A program made the translations under genes and the position numbers. A stretch of 64,000 nt of DNA from Acidobacteriota bacterium (lineage in GTDB: Bacteria; Acidobacteriota; UBA890; WLXD01), in assembly GCA_965205505.1 (NCBI GenBank), contig CBDBHB010000009.1, positions 3,103,851-3,167,850 on the forward strand, in the 5' to 3' direction. How positions within the stretch are numbered: the stretch's first letter is position 1; each line of letters starts with the position of its first letter. The notes under the pieces are model-generated. The model made no database searches and was not told the DNA's origin. It was given only the letters and a program-made list of their open reading frames with translations. This document shows positions 51,729 through 62,243 of the stretch, piece by piece.

Positions 51729-51959
51729 ATCTATTGCTGAGACTCCGTATGTACTCTATGAAATGTATCGAACGCATTAGATCAGTTCAACATAGTTTTC
51801 ATATGTTCAGATAAGTCGAACTGTTCAAATCTAATCAATAGTAACTTCCAAGGGACGAATAGGGTCACGAAAGTCGTGTCCTTTCCCTCGAACTGGCCCA
51901 AGGCGCCTCAGATCGCCGGCCTACCCGCCAGGGAGCCGGCGTTCCAGCATCTCCGAGGC

Positions 51960-52365
51960 CATCATCCCAAGCGGATCAGGCGGGTATCACGGTAATCTGC
52001 GCAACGTTCAGCTGACGACTGGTGGCGCCCAACCCATCCATCGCCGAGCGTAAGACCCGGGCAGTGACGCCTTCTACTACCGCATCGTGAACAAGCGCGG
52101 CGGCGACCCAGATATCGGTCGCAAGCTGCCGCGCATGTTTCTCGCCGCCGGGGTGAGCGAGGTCGGCCTGCACGCCGTGCAGCCAATGTCCCTCGTTGGT
52201 GAAGCGAAGCACATCAACCCGGTGACGTTGAGTGCCATCGGCCCGGCGGTGCTCGCTGATGGGTTAGCGACAGAGGACGAGCTCGCGCAGATCGAGTCAG
52301 AGCTCGAGGAGTTCGCCAACGACCCGGCAACTTTGGTCGCAGCGCCGCGCGTGTTCCAGGTCTAG
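51960..52365 (+). pseudogene. C-terminal fragment of a SAM-dependent methyltransferase
   Basis: GGDPDIGRKLPRMFLAAG...GLATEDEL...PRVFQV resembles methyltransferase C-termini; no start or GxG motif found. Confidence 0.45.
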
Positions 52366-52579
52366 GGACGTCGCACAACCGAGTAGAGGGCGGTTTTCGG
52401 CAGATACGGCTGCTTCGGTCGTTGCCGGTGTCGCCTCACTCGTAGGAGTAGGTTCCGCTTGGTACGTATGCCCCGGATACGTAGCCCTCCGGTTCTTTAC
52501 CCTGGCTTTCCCTAGCGACCGACGGGCCCGGTGCTAAGCTCACGACTTCTACCCTAACCACGGTCGCGGAGCTGTGTTC

Positions 52580-53299
52580 ATGCAACGGATCCTCGTTATC
52601 GACGATGATGCCGAGCTCTGCGAGCTGGTGAGCGAGTACGTTCGTGCCGAGGGCTTCGAGGTCGACGCGGTGCACGATGGCGAGGCCGGCCTCAAGGTAG
52701 CGCTTGCCGGCGACTACGCGATGGTGCTCCTCGACGTGATGCTGCCTGGCATCAACGGCTTTGAGATCTTGCGGCGACTCCGAGCCCATTCCCAGATACC
52801 GGTCTTGATGCTCACGGCTCGCGGGGACGACGTCGACCGTATCGTCGGGCTCGAGATGGGAGCCGACGATTACCTTCCGAAACCATTCAATCCGCGAGAG
52901 CTGGTGGCGCGGATCCGAGCGATTCTGCGCCGCGCAGACGAACGCATGACATCACGTGGGCTTGCCGTCGAGGTCGGCGACGTACATCTAAACGTCGGCG
53001 CGCGCACTGCTCAGCGCGGCGGCGACGAGGTACATCTCACCGCCGTCGAGTTCGAGGTGCTCGAAGAGCTAATGCGAGCTGCCGGCAAGGTGGTGTCGCG
53101 CGAGCATCTCACGCTCGAAGTGCTCGACCGTGAGTACTCCGCCCTGGATCGCAGCATCGACATGCACGTGAGTAACCTGCGCAAGAAGCTCGGTCCTCGG
53201 CACGGCGGCACGGAACGTATCAAAACCGTACGCGGCGTGGGATATATATACACGCTACCCGCGACCCATGAAGGGGAAATCGCTCCCTCCGGGAGCTAA
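52580..53299 (+). CDS. OmpR/CpxR-like response regulator
   Basis: ILVIDDD, LLDVMLP, MLTARGDD.DRIVGLEMGADDYLPKPF, DRSIDMHVSNLRKKLG, KTVRG.GY. Confidence 0.93.
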   Translation: MQRILVIDDDAELCELVSEYVRAEGFEVDAVHDGEAGLKVALAGDYAMVLLDVMLPGINGFEILRRLRAHSQIPVLMLTARGDDVDRIVGLEMGADDYLPKPFNPRELVARIRAILRRADERMTSRGLAVEVGDVHLNVGARTAQRGGDEVHLTAVEFEVLEELMRAAGKVVSREHLTLEVLDREYSALDRSIDMHVSNLRKKLGPRHGGTERIKTVRGVGYIYTLPATHEGEIAPSGS

Positions 53300-53303
53300 C
53301 GCC

Positions 53304-54683
53304 ATGCACCGACTGTTTATCAAGATCTTCCTGTGGTTCTGGCTGGCGATGGCGTTGGTGTGGTCGGCGTTCTCGCTGCCCACCCAGCTAACCCAGAATG
53401 AAGACGTCGTCGACCGGTTTCGGGCACTCACCGGACAACGGCTGGTGCTCGCCGGACGAGTGGCGGTCAGTTTGGGTCGCCGATCGGATGAGGCAGTCGC
53501 TCAGTTCATGTCGGATCTAGAAGAGGAGGGTGCGCCCTACCCCTTCGTGTTCGATGTCGAGCTCAACGAGGTAACCGGGCGGTTGGCGCCCGAGGAAGCA
53601 CGGGCGACGGCGGCCGAGGCTTTCGACAACGGGGTCGTTCACGGCGGGTTCAGTGGCTCCGGCCCCTACGCCGGACGCTCGTTCGTGGATCGCAACGACA
53701 ATACCTATACGGTCGTGCAGCGCCTCCCGAGCCGTCTCGACCTGCCGCCACCCAGCGTGCTGCCCATCGTCATCCGATGGTTGGCCGTGCTGCTGACGTC
53801 GGGCCTGGTTTGCTACGCGATGGCGCGCTACACGCTGTCGCCGGTCAGCACGCTCAGCGCCGCAACCCGGCGCTTTGCGGAAGGCGAGCTCGACACACGT
53901 GTGAGCGGCGATCTCGGCGGGCGCCGTGACGAGCTTGCCGCCCTGGGGCGCGACTTCGACGATATGGCCGAGCGAATCGGCACGCTGCTAGAGAGCCAAC
54001 GACAGCTCCTCAGCGACATCTCTCACGAGCTACGCTCGCCACTTGCGCGACTGTACGTTGCGCTGGGCCTGGCGCGCCGTCAAAGCGACGATTCAGTGGC
54101 AAATGCGCTCGACCGCATCGAGCAGGAGACCGAGCGACTCAACGAGCTGATCGGCCAGTTGCTGGCGTTGACCCGCTTGCAAGACCCCGAGTCACTCGCC
54201 GATCGGCAGCCGGTGGATCTTGTCGCCCTGGTTCGCGCGGTGATCGATGACGCCGACTACGAAGCCCGAGAGTGCGGCAAGTCAGTGCAGCTCGATATCG
54301 CCGGAGCCTGTACTACGCGAGGGTTCGAGGAGCTGTTGCGGCGCGCCATCGAGAACGTGGTGCGCAATGCGATTCGCTATACGCCACCCGGATCAGCAGT
54401 GCAGGCGTCGCTCAGCGTCGCCCAGAACAACGGTTCTACGGAGGCGACGATCCACGTGCGCGATCACGGGCCGGGCGTACCCGACGACGAGCTCGACCGC
54501 CTGTTCCAACCGTTCTATCGGGTGGGCTCGGCGCGCGACCGAGAGCGCGGCGGCACCGGCTTGGGGCTGTCGATCAGTCAGCGAGCCGTGCGGGCCCACG
54601 GTGGCACAATCAGCGCTACCAACCCCGACGATGGTGGTCTCCTCATAGAGATCAAATTGCCGGCGTCGACCGACCGCGCCTAG
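53304..54683 (+). CDS. CpxA-like HAMP sensor histidine kinase
   Basis: Two TM segments, HAMP domain, DISHELRSPLAR, ENVVRNA, DHGPG, GGTGLGL. Confidence 0.93.
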   Translation: MHRLFIKIFLWFWLAMALVWSAFSLPTQLTQNEDVVDRFRALTGQRLVLAGRVAVSLGRRSDEAVAQFMSDLEEEGAPYPFVFDVELNEVTGRLAPEEARATAAEAFDNGVVHGGFSGSGPYAGRSFVDRNDNTYTVVQRLPSRLDLPPPSVLPIVIRWLAVLLTSGLVCYAMARYTLSPVSTLSAATRRFAEGELDTRVSGDLGGRRDELAALGRDFDDMAERIGTLLESQRQLLSDISHELRSPLARLYVALGLARRQSDDSVANALDRIEQETERLNELIGQLLALTRLQDPESLADRQPVDLVALVRAVIDDADYEARECGKSVQLDIAGACTTRGFEELLRRAIENVVRNAIRYTPPGSAVQASLSVAQNNGSTEATIHVRDHGPGVPDDELDRLFQPFYRVGSARDRERGGTGLGLSISQRAVRAHGGTISATNPDDGGLLIEIKLPASTDRA

Positions 54684-54747
54684 TCACATCTGGCAAACCC
54701 GTGCAGCGCCCTTGCTGTCGCCTGGCCCGGTGCCCGCCGCGACGTAC

Positions 54748-55086
54748 CTATAGAACCACCGTGCGCAGGATCGTCGTGACGAGTGCGATCACCACGGCTC
54801 CGAGGATGGCTGGAATCCAGCCGTCGATCTGGAATCCCTTCACGAGGGCCGAAGTGAGCATCAACAACGCGGCCTTGTGGCCGTTGTTGATGCTGCTGGC
54901 GCTGCCGCTCAAACCTCATGACGCTCGGATTGTTCACTTTCGTCGTCAGCGCGGTGTTGTGGCGAGCCCCAGCACCATGGCCGCGATCAGCGCAGTGCCG
55001 AAGTCCCGCACTTTGAAGCCCGGAACGATGTAGGTGGTTGCCAGGAGAGCCCCAGCGCTGATGAGCCACAGAACAAGGAGCCGCAT
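54748..55086 (-). pseudogene. YvlD/DUF360 ('phage holin family') 4-TM membrane protein with an internal ~73-bp inversion
   Basis: MRLLVLWLISAGALL..VPGF.V and AALLMLTSALVKGFQIDGWIPAILGA are on -; the middle PLLMLLALPL(N)LMTLGLFTFVV is on +. Confidence 0.78.
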
Positions 55087-55137
55087 GAAACGGTGCCTCC
55101 GTGTGGAGTTACGTTCAGTTGTGCCGTCCGGGCGCGT

Positions 55138-55572
55138 TCAATTTATCCACTGGAAGAACTCCACCGTATAGCCGCCCGGGTCGCGCACCAGGAAGGCGCG
55201 TACGGGAACGTTGGCGGAATCTGCCGGGTTACTAAGAATCTCGACCCCGGCCCGGCTCAGGAGCTCATGCCAGGCATCGACGTCCGTAGTGACGAAGCTG
55301 AGCATGACCGCGTTGTCATCGCGCGACCGATGCGCGCCACGGCTCTCGTCGACGATCCCCACCGAGGCTGTCGGCGTGATCGCGAAGATCCTCACCCACC
55401 CCTGATCGAAGGTTGGCCGGAGCTGCAAAACGCCCTCGTAGAAGCTCGCGGCGGCCTCGAGGTCAGCGTAGTACAGAAACGTGACCTGCGAATCGATGGG
55501 CGGCGGTGGCGGCACCGGCGCTTGCGGGAGCAGGGCGGCGAGCAGTAGGGCCCACGAGATTGCGGTGGTCAT
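55138..55572 (-). CDS. VOC/glyoxalase family protein with signal peptide
   Basis: FLYYADLEAAASFY..VL.L, F.VRDPGGY.VEF. Confidence 0.82.
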   Translation of the reverse strand: MTTAISWALLLAALLPQAPVPPPPPIDSQVTFLYYADLEAAASFYEGVLQLRPTFDQGWVRIFAITPTASVGIVDESRGAHRSRDDNAVMLSFVTTDVDAWHELLSRAGVEILSNPADSANVPVRAFLVRDPGGYTVEFFQWIN

Positions 55573-55655
55573 CGTTCCTCCCTTGGCGAGCAGGCGCTCA
55601 GGACCCCTGCACAGCATTGCACCCGGAGCCGTTCGACGTCAGCATCGCACCGGTA

Positions 55656-56598
55656 TCAGAGCCCCGGCAAGCGCACCGACTCCGGGTCGCTCGGAAGGGC
55701 GATGATCGTCCCGCGCTCGCCATCGACAATCTCCTTCAGCTCGCTCAAAGAGCCCAATCGCCGCCGTGCCCCCGGCAAGCTCGGCGAACCGGCAAGCCGC
55801 CTCGACCTTCGGTCCCATCGAGCCGGCGCTGAAGCTCTCGTGCAGCAACTCTTCTGGCGTCGCTCGCCGGATGGCCTCCGCCTGCGGCGTTGCCCAGCCC
55901 CGATACACAGCATCAACGTCGGTGGCCATGACCAGCATGTCGGCGTTGAGCTCAACTGCCAGCAGAGCGCTGGCAAGATCCTTGTCGATGACGACCTCGG
56001 CACCACCTAGCTTCCCCTCCTCGTCATACATCGTCGGGATACCACCCCCACCGGTGCAGACGACGATCACCCCCTGCTCCACGAGCCAGCGAATCGGACG
56101 GATCTGGAAGATGTGCTGCGGTCGCGGCGACGGCACCACGCGCCGCCAGCCGGCGCCATCGGGAGCCACCGTCCAGTCGTGCTCGGCTGCAAGTCGCTTT
56201 GCCTCGGCCTCGTCATACATGGGGCCGATCGGTTTGGTCGGATGATCGAACGCCGGATCCTCCGGATCGACCTGGACCATCGTGAGAATAGTGGCGAAGG
56301 GTTGTTCGTACGGCAGCAGATTTCCCAGCTCCTGTTCGATCAGGTACCCGATCATGCCTTCGGTCTGGGCGCCAAGCACATCTAGGGGGAAGGCTTCGAC
56401 GGCATCATAGGCATCGGCCTGCAACGCCAGCAGACCCACTTGCGGCCCGTTGCCGTGCGAGATTACGAGCTGGTGCTCCTTCGCCACGGGCGCCAGGGCA
56501 GCCGCCGCCAGCCGGACGTTGAGTCGCTGCTGCGCGCTGCTCACCGGCTCGCCGCGGCGCAGGAGGGCGTTGCCGCCGAGCGCCACTACGATACGCAT
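55656..56598 (-). CDS. arcC: Carbamate kinase, frameshift near the 3' end (~55760)
   Basis: [51 protein letters not shown]. Confidence 0.9.
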
Positions 56599-56710
56599 GC
56601 GGGTTTCCGGGGCACGCGTCGTCTCAACAGGCCACTAGTGCGATCGGTCATAGCGTGGCTGGCGCCGGGAGGCCCGCATCCGGCGGCTCGGCGGCAGGCG
56701 CCCGCCGTGA

Positions 56711-57451
56711 TCAGCTCCCCGCCAGTTGGTCGAGGATCTCGCGTAGCTTCGCCTGAATTCGGCGGACGTTCTGCGGCCCCATGCGTAGCAAGTGTTTCTG
56801 CGGCAGGCTCAGTCCCTCCAGCGCGTCGTCGCGATACGTCAGACGCCCGACCGCATCGACCAGCTCGGGAGGGTCATCGACCACTGGTGTTGCCAGCAAT
56901 GCACCGAATGCTTGTCGCAGACGCGGCTCGAAAGGGCGCTCCTCGCCGATCAGCTCTGTGTACGCGGCGTCTGCCAGCAACTCGACGCGCCGAAATGCGC
57001 TGACGGCAGCGCGCGCATCGAGGTCTGCGAGCGCCACCCCGACGGAGTCGTAGCGCCGGTAGCTGCCGGGATCCATGTACCAGGCATCGTCCCGATAGAG
57101 CGCATCGAAAGGCTGCTCGGGCGCCAGGAACGACAGGTGCCTTCCTGGGCTCTCACCGCTGGCCACAGCGTCGACGACGGCAACGAAGCGTCGCATCACG
57201 TCCGAATCCTCGAGCGCCTTGGCGAGCAGCGGAGCCAGTCCGAGCATGGACGTGGCGCGGCGCACGATGTCGTCGCTGCCATCGAGCGCTGGCAAAGGCG
57301 GTTCCGGCTCCGCGATCGGCAGCGGCACAGTCAACGACTCGACGACGGCCGCCGGCTCTTCGACCGGCGGCTCTTCGCCGCCGCGGAAGTACCATACGGC
57401 GGCCACAATAAGCAGAATTACCGCAGCGGCGATCAGTGCGGGACGTTGCAC
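56711..57451 (-). CDS. DUF3014-like membrane-anchored protein
   Basis: N-terminal TM segment; LPALDGSD, SYRRYD, LEGLS..QK.LLRMGP.N. Confidence 0.75.
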   Translation of the reverse strand: MQRPALIAAAVILLIVAAVWYFRGGEEPPVEEPAAVVESLTVPLPIAEPEPPLPALDGSDDIVRRATSMLGLAPLLAKALEDSDVMRRFVAVVDAVASGESPGRHLSFLAPEQPFDALYRDDAWYMDPGSYRRYDSVGVALADLDARAAVSAFRRVELLADAAYTELIGEERPFEPRLRQAFGALLATPVVDDPPELVDAVGRLTYRDDALEGLSLPQKHLLRMGPQNVRRIQAKLREILDQLAGS

Positions 57452-57537
57452 GACGGACCTCCAGGATCTCGAGAACGCTACTTCATCCTACACGAGCTCC
57501 CACAGCTTGCGCCGGAAACGCGCCCGCCGCCCCGCGT

Positions 57538-58476
57538 CTACCTCGAGCTCTTCAGGAAACGTAGAAACTCCCCATTGGTGCCGAGCAGCATCGTCGTATC
57601 CTGTCTCAGTGTCTGCTGATATACCTCCAGCGTCTTGACGAACCGATAGAAATCGGCGTCGCGGTTGTACGCCTGGGCGTACACATCGGCGGCCGTGGCG
57701 TCGGCGGTTCCCATGATCTCCTGCGCCTGGCGATACGCTCCCGAGCTGATCGTACGCAGCTCACGTTCCTTTTCGCCGCTGATCCGCGCCGCCTCTCCGG
57801 CGCCCTCCGATCGAAACTGCTCGGCAATTCGCAGCCGCTCCGAGATCATGCGGTTGTATACCTCGCGCCGCACTTCCTCGACATAGTTGATGCGCTTGAA
57901 GCGAAAGTCGAGGATCTCGATCCCCAGATCGGACGTCCGCCCCTGCGCCGCGACCAGGACCTCGGACGCCAATATATCTCGGCCGGACTCGATATCCGCC
58001 ACCGTCTCGCCCTCGGCGATGGCACCGAGCTCGTCGCCCGCCGCGATGTCGCGGTTGGTACTACGCACCACCTCGATCAGGTCGTGGTTGGCGATCGTGT
58101 TGCGGGTCTCGCCGTCGAGAATGTCGTCCAGGCGCGACTGGGCACCACGCTCGTCGCGAAGCCGCTGGAAGAACAACAGAGGGTCAGTGATATGCCATCG
58201 CGCATAGGTATCGACGTGGATGAAGCGCTTGTCGCGCGTCGGCAGCTGGTTGCTGTCGCCGTCCCACTCCAGAAACATCTTGTTGAAGAAATTCGCCGTC
58301 TGGATGAACGGCAGCTTGTAGTGCAGCCCGGGTGTATCCACCGCATCACCGACCGGCGAGCCGAACTGGGTGATGACCACTTGCTGAGTCTCGTCGACGA
58401 CATAGACAGCCCCGCTGAACGCCAAAACGGCTGCGACCAACAGGATTCCGAGTAACACCATTCCTGTCTGCTTCAT
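57538..58476 (-). CDS. hflC: FtsH protease modulator HflC
   Basis: SPFH domain; V..RMISER.RIAEQFRSEG; downstream of hflK. Confidence 0.92.
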   Translation of the reverse strand: MKQTGMVLLGILLVAAVLAFSGAVYVVDETQQVVITQFGSPVGDAVDTPGLHYKLPFIQTANFFNKMFLEWDGDSNQLPTRDKRFIHVDTYARWHITDPLLFFQRLRDERGAQSRLDDILDGETRNTIANHDLIEVVRSTNRDIAAGDELGAIAEGETVADIESGRDILASEVLVAAQGRTSDLGIEILDFRFKRINYVEEVRREVYNRMISERLRIAEQFRSEGAGEAARISGEKERELRTISSGAYRQAQEIMGTADATAADVYAQAYNRDADFYRFVKTLEVYQQTLRQDTTMLLGTNGEFLRFLKSSR

Positions 58477-59501
58477 TGGCTTGGCTCCTGGCTAGCGATC
58501 GCCGCCGGGAGCGCCGGTTGCATAAGCCCCCCCTGGAGGTTGAGCAGCGGCAGGAGTCCGTCGATGTCCTGGTCGATGATCACCTTCTGCCGGATGGATG
58601 GCAGCAAGTCGAGCATGGTCTCGAGGTACAGGCGACGGCGCGTGACCTCCGGCGCCCGGCGGTACGCTTCGTACACCGCCAGGAAGCGGGCCGCGTCGCC
58701 TTCGGCGCGGTTCACCCGGTCGACCGCATAGCCCTGGGCCTGCTCCACGGCCCGCAACGCCTCACCGCGGGCGGCGGGAACCTCGCGATTAAACTGCGCC
58801 CGCGCGTCGTTGATCATACGCTCGCGCTCCTGCTGCGCCTGATTGACCTCGTTGAACGATGGCCGTACCGGATTCGGTGGGTTGACGTCTTGGAGAACGA
58901 TCTGCTCGACGCGAATGCCGGTCTCGTACTGGTCGCACATCTCCTGCAATCGTCGCTCCACCTCCGACGCGATCTCCTGGCGCCCAATGGTCAGCACCTC
59001 GGTGACGCTGCGGTCACCCACCACGGTTCGTATCACGGCCTCGTTCATGTCTCGGAAGGTTTCCGTGATGTTTCGAACTTTGAACATGTAGAGGTACGGG
59101 TCGGACACTCGGTATTGCGTCGTCCACTCGACCACGGCGACGTTGAGATCGCCGGTAAGCATGGCCGACTCCTCGGCCACCGAATCGAACTGCGACCTGA
59201 CATCGGCGCTCACGGTGCGGAAGCCGAACTCCTGTTTCAGCTGCCGCTGCACCGGCACCTTCCATACCACCTGAATTGGCGCAGGCAGCTTGAAATGCAA
59301 CCCCGGCTCGTTCGACGATGTGTACTCGCCGAACGTCAAGATCACCCCGACTTCCTCGGGGGACACCGTATAGACGGTGCTCCACAACAGCACTAGACCA
59401 ATGATGACGGCGGGAATCAGCGCCATCATTCGACCCGATAATTGGATATTGGGCGGGCGGAACTCGCCCACCTTCAGATTGCCGAAATCACCACGTTCCA
59501 T
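58473..59501 (-). CDS. hflK: FtsH protease modulator HflK
   Basis: MLTGDLN, LQDVNPP.PV..SFNEV, APEVTRRRLYLET. Confidence 0.92.
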   Translation of the reverse strand: MERGDFGNLKVGEFRPPNIQLSGRMMALIPAVIIGLVLLWSTVYTVSPEEVGVILTFGEYTSSNEPGLHFKLPAPIQVVWKVPVQRQLKQEFGFRTVSADVRSQFDSVAEESAMLTGDLNVAVVEWTTQYRVSDPYLYMFKVRNITETFRDMNEAVIRTVVGDRSVTEVLTIGRQEIASEVERRLQEMCDQYETGIRVEQIVLQDVNPPNPVRPSFNEVNQAQQERERMINDARAQFNREVPAARGEALRAVEQAQGYAVDRVNRAEGDAARFLAVYEAYRRAPEVTRRRLYLETMLDLLPSIRQKVIIDQDIDGLLPLLNLQGGLMQPALPAAIASQEPSQ

Positions 59502-59585
59502 GTCCGGGCTCCTTTGCACACGTGGACAGAGACACTTCCACTACGGCTTGCTGGGGTCTGCGTCAAGACACTAGGGTATCGCGTA

Positions 59586-59863
59586 TAGCAGGCCGTGGTG
59601 AAAGTGTGGTGGGTCTGGTTACGGCGAGTTGGGGCCAGATGCAAGGCGGCCTGACACTGGCGATGCCCTAGCCATCGTCGAGGAAGGCCAACGCCGCAAG
59701 TGGCCCCAAATCGCCGTAACCCTTCGGGCGACAGGGGGTTGCGCGCGTATCCTGCGTCGTTCCTCGTCAACGATGGCGTAACTATCGCCTCCTTCTCTCT
59801 CCTTGCCTCCACTTCGCAAGACCCTGTCGCCAGACCCACCACACTTTCACCACGGCCTGCTAG
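59586..59863. mobile_element. ~280-bp structured MITE-like element, copy C
   Basis: Perfect 33-bp TIR (59586-59618 / 59830-59862), TAG at both ends, paired internal hairpin motifs. Confidence 0.85.
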
Positions 59864-59892
59864 ACGCGCACCGACCACGTTGCCCACAGAGT

Positions 59893-61640
59893 TCATCCGT
59901 CTACCCGGAACGCGAGCATCATGCCAGCGTGCAGATGCTCGGCGATGTGGCAGTGGAGCATCCAGTCGCCGGGGTTGGTAACGTCGACGAGAAGATCCAT
60001 CGTCGAGGCAACCGGCACGATCGTGGTGTCCTTCCAGACCAGGTTCGGATTGGCCACGCCGTCCATCTCGAGCACCAGATAGCGCTGTCCGTGAATGTGG
60101 ATCGGATGGTTCATCGGGTGTAGGGGTTCCGGATCGTTGAAGATCCGGATCTTGACGACGTCGCCAACCTGGAAAGTCCACTCGATGTCCATGTTCTCGA
60201 GCCCGGTGGCGCGATCGCGCAAGATCCACCGGATCTCGTTACCGGTCGCCAGCCAGTTCATCATCGGCATGGTGTCGTTCCATTCCATGGGCGGGGAGTA
60301 GAGCCCCCTCTCGAACTCCATGGAGAGAATGATCGGCAGCGGCAACTCACCGACCTCGAGGCTGAGCTCTAGCTCATAGTCCGGGGAGCGCGAGAAGTGC
60401 GGGCGGAACGCTTCGATATCGGCCTGGACATCGCGGTTCTCACGCAAGATCGCGAACTCGGTGCTCAGATCGGGCTCGGCGCCGGCGTCGGCGACGTGCA
60501 CCATCCCGAGATGGTCCACGTGCGGATAGAACTCGCCGCGAAAGTGGTTGATGGCCTGTACGGTGTTCTCGATCGGCACGTCACCAGGCTCGCCGAAGCG
60601 CACCTCCACAACGTAGCGCTCAGCGGGCGCAATCGGCACGCTCGTCACCCATTCCTCGCGCTCGAACTTACCCAAGTCGGACGCCACGACCTTGATCGGC
60701 GCTCCCCCGAACGTGACATTGAACGTGCGTGAGTTGGCCACGTTTGTCAGGTAGAAACGGACCACTTCACCCCGCGCCACCTCGAGGCTGTAGTCGGTGC
60801 TGCCGTTGACCAGCATGACGTTGCCGAAGCGGCCCATCAGGGTGTGCGTTGGCTCCTCCTCGCCCCAAGGGATGATGCCGTGCGCATCGATCAGGATGTC
60901 GTCGAGAATAAGAAACTCCTCGCGATGCGCCGCACCGTAGTAGTCGGGATCGGCGGACACGGCCAGCAAGTTGCCGTACAGACCCAGATCCTGCTGGATG
61001 TCCTCGCGCAAGTGAGGGTGATACCAGAACACGCCCGCGTCGGCGAAGTACACCTCGTAGCGGAACGTCTGGCCTGTACGCACCGGAGCCTGGGTCAGGT
61101 CGGCGACACCGTCGAACCCGGTTGTCGAGCCGGAGACCGTGCCAGTGCACGGTGGTTGGCATAGGGATCTCGTTGCGGAACAACACCGTAACGGTCGCCC
61201 CGGCTGGCGCTCTCAACATGGGCCCCGGGTACTGGCCGTTGTAGCCGAACATCAGGTACTCCCGGCCGTTGATCTGGCGCCGCACGATCGACGCGGTGAG
61301 CTCGATCTCATCGCCGTCTGCCAGGTCCATCAGCTCACGTGGACGCGCCACGGGAAAATCCGTCACATCGGCGCCATGCGCCGGGATGAAGGGCTTGACG
61401 CTCGGCGTCGCCGCCTCCAATCCAGGCATCATCGGCATGTTGGAGTCCATCGGCGGCATGCGCCACGCCAGCGCATCCCCGGTCGGGGCCATGCCCTCCA
61501 TCATGTGCTGCTGATGCGACATCTCCTGCTGTGGAGGAGTCGGTTTCGCGGCCTCGCCCTGCTGCGAAACAGCCGTGCCTCCGCCGCCCACGATCAACAA
61601 GGCCACGAGCGCCCCAAGCGGCGCGGCGGCGCGGCGTCAA
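59893..61640 (-). CDS. Multicopper oxidase with Met-rich N-terminus, frameshift near 61115; start approximate
   Basis: TVHWHG, FWYHPH, HPIHIHG, HCHIAEH....M. Confidence 0.88.
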
Positions 61641-62243
61641 TAGCCGTACGTAGTGCATGGCTCGAGCTGGAACGGGCCGTGTCCCGCCATCGTATGCATG
61701 CGTCCAGACCGCGACATACCGCGAGCAACGATCGGCCCGCTCCAACGCGGTCTCGCCTCGTCATCCGGCTCCAACGTGACCACCACCAGGAACTTGTTCC
61801 AGGTGGTCTGGCCACCGATGGCGCCGCCCGCATCCAGCCTTCCAAGTCGTTTGACCTGGTCCAACGAGGCGGTCGTCAACCACGCGATGTACACGCCTGT
61901 GGGCTGCGTGTTGAGTCCCTGCAACTGCAAGTCCACGTTGTAGATGTACTCCCCCGTTGAACCTACGGCGATCCCCGAACGGGGACCGCGCGAAGCTGAC
62001 GTTCCCAACGCCGCTGGCGCTGCGAGCGCCGGGAACACGTCGTGTCGACACGAGCTCGATGGCGTAGTAGGCAGGCGGCGCAGCGGGCTCGCCCAGCCAC
62101 CGCGCGCTGCAGACGCCGGGAGCCACCACCAACGGCCTCGCCCAACCCTCGCCTGGCAATAGCATCGTCGACCCGAGGCTCATTACCAGCGCCGTCACCA
62201 GCAGGGGGCCTGCCACCAGACAGGGTGGGCGCGGACAACCCAT
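61637..62243 (-). CDS. Secreted hypothetical protein, frameshift near 61975
   Basis: Signal peptide; start and stop overlap both neighbouring genes; C-terminal MSRSGRMHTMAGHG. Confidence 0.55.

Noticed and set aside
54748-55086. Prophage lysis gene
   Set aside because: YvlD/DUF360 proteins are common chromosomal membrane proteins, and no phage structural or endolysin genes are adjacent.
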